Positions 10,187 to 18,881 of a DNA stretch of 20,000 bases are shown here, one piece after another (the stretch's first letter is position 1; each line of letters opens with the position of its first letter). The DNA is from an uncultured virus (IMG/VR IMGVR_UViG_3300025121_000046) (lineage: Duplodnaviria; Heunggongvirae; Uroviricota; Caudoviricetes; Crassvirales), in the IMG/VR virus record IMGVR_UViG_3300025121_000046; one strand, given 5' to 3'. Under the pieces are notes generated by a model. That model was not told the DNA's origin. It was given only the letters and a program-made list of their open reading frames with translations, and ran no database searches. The position numbers and the translations under genes were made by a program.

Positions 10187-10218
10187 CAAAGGTAAACTTG
10201 ATTTTTATAAATTCCAAA
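10187..10218 (-). promoter_or_regulatory. Bacteroidota housekeeping-sigma promoter (-33 TTTG / -7 TAnnTTTG)
   Basis: Minus strand TTTG (10218-10215), 20-nt spacer, TACCTTTG (10194-10187); full consensus match within an intergenic gap. Confidence 0.7.
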
Positions 10219-10241
10219 TTTATATTTTTCAGTTTTATAAA

Positions 10242-10670
10242 TTACTTTATGAGATTCGCTGCAGGAACCGTACAGAATATATCATGATCCTTTATGACCC
10301 AATAGAGCTCTTTGCAGATAACAAGAGGTTCTCCGGACTTTCCACGGTATAGAATATGGTCCCCTGTCTTGACAGATGGTTTAAGGAGTGTCCCCCCACC
10401 TATATCCCTTCCCGGGCCCACAGCCATAACAACACCCTGGTTAGGATGCTCATCCCATTTATTCTTAAATTCAATATCTGCCACCTCATAACGAAGTGCA
10501 TCTGCTGTTTCTCTTTGTTCTCTTTCGAGTGCATTCTTAGGAGCCGGAGCATCGGCAAGTATAAGCTTGCCTTTCTCTGCACGTTTTTGATTTACATCCT
10601 TGATAAGCAACCTTCTTATTATTATATTGTCACTACAAGGTTTAACCGGAAATTGTTTTGTTGTACTCAT
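10242..10670 (-). CDS. groES: GroES/Cpn10-family co-chaperonin
   Basis: VKPCSDNIII, GKLILAD, QGVVMAVGPGR, VKTGDHILY and IKDHDIFC match the Cpn10 pattern; extra segment after the mobile loop (142 aa). Confidence 0.85.
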   Translation of the reverse strand: MSTTKQFPVKPCSDNIIIRRLLIKDVNQKRAEKGKLILADAPAPKNALEREQRETADALRYEVADIEFKNKWDEHPNQGVVMAVGPGRDIGGGTLLKPSVKTGDHILYRGKSGEPLVICKELYWVIKDHDIFCTVPAANLIK

Positions 10671-10693
10671 AAATATTGGTTATTAGTTAATTA

Positions 10694-11137
10694 TTAAAAC
10701 GAGAGATCATCTTCTATAGGAGTAGCATTATCGGATTTCACTGACAATATATCATCCTCATCATCGCTATCAATTCCAGGGAACTGATCTGAATAACTGT
10801 TAGACTGTGGTCTTATATCTGCTTTGATGATGTCATCAGCCTTATTGATTATCTTGATCTCCATTACATCAAGATTGGTGTAGAATGATTCTTCTTCATC
10901 CTTTCCTATCTTTCTCCCGGAGATCTTAAACTTACAGATTACAAAGTCTCCTTTCTTTGCACCATCTAACTGACTCATTATTTCATTGATACATTGGAAT
11001 CTCAAGTATTCAATGAATGTCCCTTTTTCGGTAGGGTTGTTGACCTGGATAATAAGTTCCTGCTTTTTGAACTTATCTGATTTAACCTGTGGCTCCATGA
11101 TCTTATAGATCTTTCCTTTCTCTGTATAAATTTGCAT
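10694..11137 (-). CDS. DUF3127-like OB-fold single-stranded DNA-binding protein
   Basis: GKIYKI...SDKFKKQELII...GDFV.CKFKISGR...FYTNL plus an SSB-like acidic tail ending EDDLSF. Confidence 0.75.
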   Translation of the reverse strand: MQIYTEKGKIYKIMEPQVKSDKFKKQELIIQVNNPTEKGTFIEYLRFQCINEIMSQLDGAKKGDFVICKFKISGRKIGKDEEESFYTNLDVMEIKIINKADDIIKADIRPQSNSYSDQFPGIDSDDEDDILSVKSDNATPIEDDLSF

Positions 11138-11161
11138 TTTATAAAATTGAGATTTATAAAA

Positions 11162-13681
11162 TTAAGAATTACTTTTTGCTTGCCCAATTCTTTTTACAGT
11201 TACTCCATCCTGATCAGAAATATATCTGAAAGGATCTATCACTATACTTCCTGCAGGAAACATGCAGTTCCTGAACACTTCATGCTTAGTTCCTATAAAG
11301 AATATTCTTGCATCACCAAGAAATTGATATAGCTCATTTTCTTTCTGACCTGAATTTGGATCCAATTCTCTGCTCTTGCTGAACATATATACAGGATCAA
11401 CCCATGGATCATACATCTTTATTTGTTTCTCGTCTATCCCTCTGTCAATTAATAAAAGTTCTTTTAATAAAAGAGATGGACTACCTATGGTAAGATTTGT
11501 TTCCGGTTTGAATGTATAGCCAAGGATCATAATATCAAGATTACAGTCATTATTGAAATACTCATCTTCTATAAGCTGAGCAAGCCATTCTGTCTGTTTC
11601 TCCCGGGCCATCATAAGATTCTCCCACCAGTCATAAGAGATATTGAGTTTCTTTGCAATATGACTCAGGGCAATATTATCCCTGGGATGACAATTATGAA
11701 CTGTACCACAAGGTACAACATAAGTATTATGTCTATCAATCCAGAGATTATAAACTGGTCCTTTAAACCATGTTTTATGTATCTGTATTATATGACGAAA
11801 AGTTCCTTTATTGGTGACTACATAGTTTTGAATGTCTACTGGATTTTCAATTTTATCCCATCCAATAATATCACATAATTTAGAAGCAAGATATTTATTT
11901 CTAACTCTTACTTCATATGCTTTCTTATGAATACCTCTTGGTGGGATAACCCTCAACGAAGGACAAAGATCAAGACGATGTAGTATTATAAAACTCCCCC
12001 AAGCAAGATCTTTCGAAATTGTACTATATGAAATTCCATTCTTATTTCTATGTCCATCTCCAAGAATTAATCCTTTCAAAAGCAATAGCGATTGTTTTGA
12101 CCATAAAATTTGAGGAGGAATATATTTTGTAGCTGCGCCTTTACCAAAATCATTAAATAATAATTCTGCAAGTCTTTTTGATCCAAATCTTACAGATAAA
12201 CTATTCCCTTCTATTTTAATAGTAACTCTTGAAAAAAGACCTCTTAAATTTTTCCTTTTTGGAATAAGACCAAATCTCTCTGATGTTATTCTTTCAATTA
12301 ATTCTTTAATTCGTTCAGCATACATCATTTCTTTTGCATGCAAATCGAATCTTATTCTTCCCCTTCTCGAATTTAATTCAAGAGATCCCTCGCTTAAATA
12401 CCAACCTGCAAGTTCAAGATATTCAGGAGGCATTCCAGGTTCTCTTCCTTCGTTAATCTTAGGCCAATACAACATATTATCATATGTTAGATCTGATGCT
12501 TTTATCTCATTGTCATCTGACATCAATTCTGATATCTTTAATAAAGTATTCCTTCTCCCATCAGGAACCCTTGTTCTCAAATCAGTTGAAGCAATAACAG
12601 GATGATCAGCAGTCATTAATGTATGAGGAAGTCCTTTTGTTTTTAACAAAATCATATCTCCTTCATAATCCCTTACATATGTTTTTATTACTTTGCAAAA
12701 TTCACCATTTCCCGAAAGCACCATGTCTCCTTCATTTATTTCTTCGATAGGTTTCATTCCATTATATGTCATTACAAGTTGTCCTGCAGGAAAACAGCCG
12801 CCTCCATCCCCCATTCCTGCTCTCATATATGAAGCTGAAATGATTCTCCTATCAGCTAAGGATAAAGCATCAATAAGATGATCCACATCGGCTCCGGTCT
12901 TTTCACATAACTCCATAGCTGCATTAGCAAAGCAGATCTTACCTGTAATGTAAGTATTGTATAGGACCTTGATTGCCTCAGCTGTATTGATAGAGCATTC
13001 AAACACTTTAGGAAAATAATCAGCTTCCCGTGGAAATGGATTTAATACTTTTTTATAGAAATCCTTAACAATTTCTGCAGCATAAGGATCATCAACCCCC
13101 AGGAGAACGAATTCCGGATAAAGGAAATCCTGTATTGTAGTACCCATTGCAATAAAGAATGGATTATAAACAATATGTAGATTAGTTAATTCTTTTGGTA
13201 CTAAAGGAAATATCTCGCGGTACATCGTTCCGGGAAGCACCGTTGATATTATACTTACAACGAATTGCTTCCTTTCTGTTTCATCAGACATTCCATCCAA
13301 AATCATACCATTTATATATTCATTATAATGAACAATCTCCTGAATGATATCCTTCATTCCGGCAATAAGATATGAATAGTCGAAATCCACCCTTTCTTTC
13401 GGAAGAGGTGTTATTCCTTCATACCTGGGATCATGTGGTGTCTGGATAGATACAAAACAGATATCACTTTCTGTAAGCACAGAAAATAGATTCTTTACTT
13501 CTATTTTCGTTTTTTGAAGTAACTCTTCCGCTCCCTCTTCGCGATACGGAATCTTCTTTTCATCGATGTATCTTTGTATTTGTGGATTAACATCATATCC
13601 ACATACCTGATAGCCTCTTGACTCTACAGCGAGAGCACAGGGCAAGCCCAACTTACCTAAAGCCACAAAACCGATTTTCAT
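11162..13681 (-). CDS. UDP-glucose/GDP-mannose dehydrogenase family protein, intein-containing (471-aa extein)
   Basis: Rossmann IGFVALGKLG, ISTVLPGT, YNPFFIAMG, AEAIKVLYNTY, catalytic GGG|CHPRD after intein removal, and ILGYTFKPET. Confidence 0.92.
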   Translation of the reverse strand: MKIGFVALGKLGLPCALAVESRGYQVCGYDVNPQIQRYIDEKKIPYREEGAEELLQKTKIEVKNLFSVLTESDICFVSIQTPHDPRYEGITPLPKERVDFDYSYLIAGMKDIIQEIVHYNEYINGMILDGMSDETERKQFVVSIISTVLPGTMYREIFPLVPKELTNLHIVYNPFFIAMGTTIQDFLYPEFVLLGVDDPYAAEIVKDFYKKVLNPFPREADYFPKVFECSINTAEAIKVLYNTYITGKICFANAAMELCEKTGADVDHLIDALSLADRRIISASYMRAGMGDGGGCFPAGQLVMTYNGMKPIEEINEGDMVLSGNGEFCKVIKTYVRDYEGDMILLKTKGLPHTLMTADHPVIASTDLRTRVPDGRRNTLLKISELMSDDNEIKASDLTYDNMLYWPKINEGREPGMPPEYLELAGWYLSEGSLELNSRRGRIRFDLHAKEMMYAERIKELIERITSERFGLIPKRKNLRGLFSRVTIKIEGNSLSVRFGSKRLAELLFNDFGKGAATKYIPPQILWSKQSLLLLKGLILGDGHRNKNGISYSTISKDLAWGSFIILHRLDLCPSLRVIPPRGIHKKAYEVRVRNKYLASKLCDIIGWDKIENPVDIQNYVVTNKGTFRHIIQIHKTWFKGPVYNLWIDRHNTYVVPCGTVHNCHPRDNIALSHIAKKLNISYDWWENLMMAREKQTEWLAQLIEDEYFNNDCNLDIMILGYTFKPETNLTIGSPSLLLKELLLIDRGIDEKQIKMYDPWVDPVYMFSKSRELDPNSGQKENELYQFLGDARIFFIGTKHEVFRNCMFPAGSIVIDPFRYISDQDGVTVKRIGQAKSNS
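11693..12796 (-). mobile_element. Intein with LAGLIDADG homing endonuclease (368 aa, residues 296-663)
   Basis: Starts CFPAGQLV; block B TADHPV; LAGLIDADG-type motifs LAGWYLSEGS and LLKGLILGDG; ends VYNLWI...TVHN followed by Cys+1. Confidence 0.95.
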
Positions 13682-14307
13682 AATATATGAGTTTTAAGTT
13701 TAAAAAATCCATTAGATTCTTTATTCGAGTTCCAGTTCTCTTTTATCCCTTTCATACTATATCCGGACCATACTACTTCAATAAGATGACTCTGGAATGT
13801 ATTACTCCACCATGTAATATCTTCTCTTATTATATGTGTTGAATCAAGTTCGTATGCTGGTTCGTTATATGTCATGCCATTATTAGACAGTGGTACTATA
13901 ACGAAGATATTATCTGAACAAGATCGGATCTCTTTTATTATATCATTGATCTTATCATAACCAATATGCTCAAGAACATCTTTACAGATGATCCAGTTCC
14001 ATCTTTTCTTTTTCCAGAATTCTCCGCTATAAATATATTCATCTATATCAACAGGTACATTCTCAAGAGCATATTCGCTTATATCATATCCATAGGCATT
14101 AAAACCAAGTAATCGGAAAGCCTTAACAAGATATCCCATTGCGCAACCAAAATCCAAGATGGTATCTTCATCAAGTATTACAAGTTCATTTGATAGTCTG
14201 TATGCCAATGGTATTGTTAATTCAGGCATCCACCGGTACTGAGAATAAAGACTCTTTCCCGTTTCTAATCCCCTGATGTAATAATCCTCATCGTACTTTT
14301 CCATCAT
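13678..14307 (-). CDS. Class I SAM-dependent methyltransferase
   Basis: Motif I ILDFGCAMGYLV, GYDISEYA, DVLEHI. Confidence 0.9.
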   Translation of the reverse strand: MMEKYDEDYYIRGLETGKSLYSQYRWMPELTIPLAYRLSNELVILDEDTILDFGCAMGYLVKAFRLLGFNAYGYDISEYALENVPVDIDEYIYSGEFWKKKRWNWIICKDVLEHIGYDKINDIIKEIRSCSDNIFVIVPLSNNGMTYNEPAYELDSTHIIREDITWWSNTFQSHLIEVVWSGYSMKGIKENWNSNKESNGFFKLKTHIL

Positions 14308-15317
14308 ATAAAGTTTTCATATTCAATCTTTTCTTTGATCCATATAGGATTATCGTTATGCATAAACCCTTCAAGCATATTGACATTATGAGTGAATACA
14401 CATCCCTGGCAATCTCTGTTTGCATTGAAAGGCTGATCTATACTTCTACTCATATATTGCTTTATATCTTTTGCCACGCATAATGCATATTTCATATCAA
14501 AATATCCTGAATTATCGTTTAATGGTATGCTATCACAAGGAAATACTATGCCACCAAAGATCTCACTTAAATATGGACGAAAATATGACTGATGACAGAT
14601 ATTACTTACTGGTGCTTCTTTCTTCTTATGTTGAATAAAGAACCTGTTGTCATATTCTCTTCCAAGCCATTGATCGATCTCTTTATAACTATCTTCAATT
14701 TCTTCGTCTGTTTGCAGACAATCTGGAAGTACCCTGATATACTTTGCATTTATATGATCCGCTATTGTTACAAGATCATCCGGAGCGAATCTTTTATTTT
14801 CCCCTGAATAAACGAAACTCAGTCCTACAGTGGTATTCTTTCCAAATTGCTTACTATTATCCATGAAGGAGCGTATCCAGTAATCATCATAATTGACACT
14901 TACGCGCACCCAGGAGAAAGGATACATATATATATAAGGTATGGTTGTTCCATTTGTTATAAGAGCTATTTCTTTTATTCCAGATCTGTGACTTCTGAGT
15001 AAATGAATAAGTTTATCAAACTGAGGATATAATGTAGGTTCACCACCACCGGTTAATATGACAGCTTTACAGCCAAGATCAACTACATCTTCAATGTATC
15101 TTTTAATAACATCGAGTTCTAATCGTTCATGTTTTGCCCTTTTTATAACACTACAATACTTACATTTAAGATTACATCGGCCTTCAGGTGATATATGAGT
15201 TGAGACTATTGTTCGTGAATAACCTTTTTTGTAATTCTCCATCTGAGATTTATGTCTGAAAAACTTCAATCCTGTTGAAGTATATATGTCTATATTTCTC
15301 ATAATCGTATTCTCCAT
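14304..15317 (-). CDS. Radical SAM enzyme with C-terminal SPASM/twitch-like Cys cluster
   Basis: CNLKCKYC (CxxxCxxC), LTGGGEPTL, LITNGT; C-terminal CHQS...FPCD...CQGC. Confidence 0.9.
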   Translation of the reverse strand: MENTIMRNIDIYTSTGLKFFRHKSQMENYKKGYSRTIVSTHISPEGRCNLKCKYCSVIKRAKHERLELDVIKRYIEDVVDLGCKAVILTGGGEPTLYPQFDKLIHLLRSHRSGIKEIALITNGTTIPYIYMYPFSWVRVSVNYDDYWIRSFMDNSKQFGKNTTVGLSFVYSGENKRFAPDDLVTIADHINAKYIRVLPDCLQTDEEIEDSYKEIDQWLGREYDNRFFIQHKKKEAPVSNICHQSYFRPYLSEIFGGIVFPCDSIPLNDNSGYFDMKYALCVAKDIKQYMSRSIDQPFNANRDCQGCVFTHNVNMLEGFMHNDNPIWIKEKIEYENFI

Positions 15318-16789
15318 AGTCTCTTAGGATAACCAAGTCTATATCTTACAACATCTATACATACCTGTAAAAGCTTCAATTGATAGTGGGCAATATTAGA
15401 ATAAGTGGCATGTTTGATTTTTTCTTCTCTTAATATCTTATTCATATAAATCCCTTCCCTGTTTTTATATTCTATCTGTATCTCTTTAACTGTAGAGTCG
15501 ATAGCATATATCATCTTGTTCTCTTTTATAAAGATAGTTTTGTTTCCTGTATTTTCAATTTTAGTGACATAAGTTTCAAAATCAAAATACTCTTCATAGA
15601 ACTGAGAACCTTTTGTAGGTCTTATCCCCAATGATAACCCACATGTATAAAAAGGATCCTGAATAAATTCTATTGTCTTCTCTATTGTTTCTTCAAGATC
15701 CCATAATAGCGTTCCGGGTGTTATAAGCATCAATGTCATGAATGTTTCAATATTGTATTCCTTCAATTTGACAAGTGCTTCGATATTCTTTTCTGCAGTG
15801 CACTTTTTTCCTATCTCAATAAGTACATTATCGGAGAATGATTCTATACCGATATTGAGTCTTCTGAACCCTGCCTTTTTCATTATAGGAAGGATATCGT
15901 CATTGATATCATCGGCCCGGGCAAAACACATGTACGATAAATCATCAAGTCCTTTATCAATTACTCTTTGACAGAACTGCATAACAGTTTTCTTATTGAT
16001 GCAAAAATCGTCATCGGTAATATATATGGTCCGTACAAGAGGATGTGCCTTCCTTATTCTTAAGATCAGATCCGTCAATATATCGGCATCAATCCCATAA
16101 GAAACTACATTACATCCTGCAGCATCAGGTAACTGATTCGTAGATGTACAGAACTTACAATGATGAGGGCACATGTTACGCGAGTATATCCTTATTGTAT
16201 AGATCTGCTGAAGTATCTCATCGGTAATATTGTCTCCATATTTCTTAAGATAATAATCCCAATATGTTTCATAATTTATATTTTCCCAATCTATCTGAGA
16301 AGTAAATATCTCGAATTCTTCCTGGCTTAGACTTCTTGCTTTATTCTTAATGATTATTCCGGGTATTAACTCAAGATCATACTCATCACATATTAATAGC
16401 ATAGGCATCTCTCCTTCTCCAATTACAACTATATCGCATGGAGACTTATCGAGTATTGTCTGGTAGTTGTACTGAGCTTCTATGCCACCGGCAATAAGCA
16501 TTGCATTTGGAAGAATATCTCTTGTGGTCCAAACATTACTGAGATCTTTAGCAAGTGTCTCTTCAAGACAGGAGAATCCTATTATATCCCAATCTTTCTC
16601 TTTGAGTTTATCTTCAACAGACATATAAGAATCACTAAGATCATGGAGGTTAGGATCGAATGCCTCTGCATAATGACCATTGGCATTAAGTACTCCTGCT
16701 ATCCTGTTAACACCCATAGCAGGACTTACATACCTGCTTTCATTAAGTCTGTTCGAAGAATGCGGCGATATCAGAAGGATTTGTTTCAT
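15299..16789 (-). CDS. Cobalamin-binding radical SAM enzyme (class B methyltransferase-like)
   Basis: B12-domain motifs DIIGFS, LIAGG, DIVVIGEGE; SRNMCPHHCKFC; DDDF; GIESFS. Start moved from 16903 to ATG 16789 (MKQILLISP), a typical family N-terminus with less overlap with the upstream gene. Confidence 0.88.
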   Translation of the reverse strand: MKQILLISPHSSNRLNESRYVSPAMGVNRIAGVLNANGHYAEAFDPNLHDLSDSYMSVEDKLKEKDWDIIGFSCLEETLAKDLSNVWTTRDILPNAMLIAGGIEAQYNYQTILDKSPCDIVVIGEGEMPMLLICDEYDLELIPGIIIKNKARSLSQEEFEIFTSQIDWENINYETYWDYYLKKYGDNITDEILQQIYTIRIYSRNMCPHHCKFCTSTNQLPDAAGCNVVSYGIDADILTDLILRIRKAHPLVRTIYITDDDFCINKKTVMQFCQRVIDKGLDDLSYMCFARADDINDDILPIMKKAGFRRLNIGIESFSDNVLIEIGKKCTAEKNIEALVKLKEYNIETFMTLMLITPGTLLWDLEETIEKTIEFIQDPFYTCGLSLGIRPTKGSQFYEEYFDFETYVTKIENTGNKTIFIKENKMIYAIDSTVKEIQIEYKNREGIYMNKILREEKIKHATYSNIAHYQLKLLQVCIDVVRYRLGYPKRLWRIRL

Positions 16790-17612
16790 TATATATTTTG
16801 AGTAAGATTTTTTCCGGCAACTCCCTTCCATTATATGGTATTGCACGGGATATTGAGGACCTGTATTGTTTTGATATCTCAAGATCCCTGTTATTAGTTT
16901 CATAATCCCATGTCATCCACATATCAAGCCAGTTTTCATCAGGGATCGAGTCTCTTATCACGGCAGAGAACGCGAGGGCTGTAAGATGCTTCCAGTACAT
17001 CACCTTCTCTGATATAGCAAATCCGAAATTATGAACAAAGCTATTGAGGACTTTTATGTTACTTGTCTCTCCATTTCCTTTTGTTACCGGTAATTTTGAT
17101 AAGTTTGTCATGTTCCAGAATACTACTCCTGTCCTGGCTGGTCTTTCCGGAATACGAAATAAATGAGTCTTCCATAACTCTACCTGTTTTGTCTTCGCGG
17201 ATTGATATCCTTTCTCGATAAACTCATTAAAGGATGCTTCAACCTGGTCCTTTCGAAATACATGATCAACTTCCGGGATAATAAATATATCAGGTTTGCC
17301 ATGATTGGGAATGACATAGTTGTTTATAAGTGTGGTGTAAAGATTCCAGGGTACGGAATAAGGATTCATCTCTTTAGTCTGCTCGATAAGGATTATCTTC
17401 GAATTATTAAGATCCCTGATCTTTTGAACCACGTCATCAAACTTCTCAGGAAACTTAATCTTTACACCTTTATATATACACTCAGATACATTTCCCCAGG
17501 GTTTGTTTGTCCAGAATACAAATATTCTATCAACGTGATCAATGATCGATAATATAGATTCCTGAATGTAATCTTCCCCATAGAGACACCGGTAGACCGC
17601 GTATGTTATCAT
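16743..17612 (-). CDS. Putative GT-A-fold (GT2-like) glycosyltransferase
   Basis: N-terminal YGEDYIQESILSIIDHVDRIFV is typical of GT2-like proteins; EVDH lies at the DxD position; late HNFGFA. Confidence 0.6.
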   Translation of the reverse strand: MITYAVYRCLYGEDYIQESILSIIDHVDRIFVFWTNKPWGNVSECIYKGVKIKFPEKFDDVVQKIRDLNNSKIILIEQTKEMNPYSVPWNLYTTLINNYVIPNHGKPDIFIIPEVDHVFRKDQVEASFNEFIEKGYQSAKTKQVELWKTHLFRIPERPARTGVVFWNMTNLSKLPVTKGNGETSNIKVLNSFVHNFGFAISEKVMYWKHLTALAFSAVIRDSIPDENWLDMWMTWDYETNNRDLEISKQYRSSISRAIPYNGRELPEKILLKIYNETNPSDIAAFFEQT

Positions 17613-17830
17613 ATCTTAAACCTGTCAAGTTTCTCCTGCAGTTCCTTTATCCTATCCTTAAGCTGGCCAATAACCATTATAAGTACAAATATTGTCATCC
17701 CGGATACAAGTAACCAGTGACCAATTCTTGGTATACCAAGGAACCAAAGTAACCAGGCAAGAATGGTTGTTAGCCAGATAATAGTTGAAGTCATATTTTC
17801 TTTTAAATAACGTAAAATAATGTTTGTCAT
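17609..17830 (-). CDS. Small two-TM membrane protein
   Basis: Two hydrophobic stretches and a charged C-terminal tail; ATGA-coupled to both neighbours. Confidence 0.65.
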   Translation of the reverse strand: MTNIILRYLKENMTSTIIWLTTILAWLLWFLGIPRIGHWLLVSGMTIFVLIMVIGQLKDRIKELQEKLDRFKI

Positions 17831-18576
17831 TTTGCTGTGTTTTTAAGGTTTAAGTATTTCTCGATTCTCTCCGTGATCATTTCTGCTGTAGCCATCCGGT
17901 TCTTATCGGATAACTTGAATACTGTTGTATCTACATTATGAGTATCATTGTTTCTCCACTGCATGTAGGTATTGTCTCTTGGTGAACTGCCATTACTGAA
18001 ATGAAGATGTTTTATTACTACCTCAGGAATATACTTTGTTACTCCTGTTTTTTTTGCAATATCGAACACCCAGGTATCATGATAGAAGAAATGGAAGCAA
18101 TCAGGAACGAAATATCCCAGGGCCCCGACCCAATGTTTTGTAACTATAGGAAACGCACAATGCTTTTCACCATTTATACTATCATCAAAATAATAACAGA
18201 AAAATGGATGTTCTGCTGCCATCAGTCTTTCTTCAAGGATAATATCCCAATCAGGTGTGATATAAACAAGATCATCATTTCCCATTATAAATACATCAGG
18301 ACTATCGTTCCATGCTTTCATTCTGGCCAGTTCATTCCAGATCTTACCTATCGGCCGGCGTTCCTCTTCAATCATGGTCATTATAATATTGTCATGACTA
18401 TGATCCTGCATCATACGAAGTATATCATAATAGTCTTTTTTCCCTGGATCATCTGAATCTATTCCAAACAGGAAATAGATTTTATTTTGCCGGCTTACAG
18501 TCTTATTAATACTGTCAAAAAACCTGTAAAGCTCTTTTGGTCTTTGTCTTGTTGGTGTAAGGATAGCTATCTTCAT
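17827..18576 (-). CDS. GT2-family glycosyltransferase
   Basis: IAILTPTRQRP, IDSDD, WNELA, MGNDD (DxD-like), FPIV, YHDTW, KHLH. Confidence 0.82.
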   Translation of the reverse strand: MKIAILTPTRQRPKELYRFFDSINKTVSRQNKIYFLFGIDSDDPGKKDYYDILRMMQDHSHDNIIMTMIEEERRPIGKIWNELARMKAWNDSPDVFIMGNDDLVYITPDWDIILEERLMAAEHPFFCYYFDDSINGEKHCAFPIVTKHWVGALGYFVPDCFHFFYHDTWVFDIAKKTGVTKYIPEVVIKHLHFSNGSSPRDNTYMQWRNNDTHNVDTTVFKLSDKNRMATAEMITERIEKYLNLKNTAK

Positions 18577-18881
18577 ATTTTTTTCATTATTAAATTCTTA
18601 AATATTATAACTTTCTCAGCAGTATATGGAGTCCTGAAACTTGTACCAAAAGCATAGAATATAATATCTCTTGTCATAGTGTCATCATCTATATCCGGGT
18701 CAACCCAAAAAGCGCCGATCTCATTTTCATCAATATATAAATCAGTAAGTTTCTCTTTAACATCAAGATCTGCTTTTGTGACTTTGTTTTTCTCAAAGCC
18801 CATAGTCTCATTTTCATCCAGAAGTTTCTGTATCTTTTCTTTCTTTGAAGTATCGACAATATATATCTGTAGTAGTATCAT
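18573..18881 (-). CDS. Hypothetical protein
   Basis: 102-aa ORF, ATGA-coupled on both sides. Confidence 0.7.
   Translation of the reverse strand: MILLQIYIVDTSKKEKIQKLLDENETMGFEKNKVTKADLDVKEKLTDLYIDENEIGAFWVDPDIDDDTMTRDIIFYAFGTSFRTPYTAEKVIIFKNLIMKKI

Noticed and set aside
16790..16903. 38-aa N-terminal extension of the B12 radical SAM ORF
   Set aside because: It lies wholly inside the upstream gene; the family-like sequence begins at Met39 (16789).
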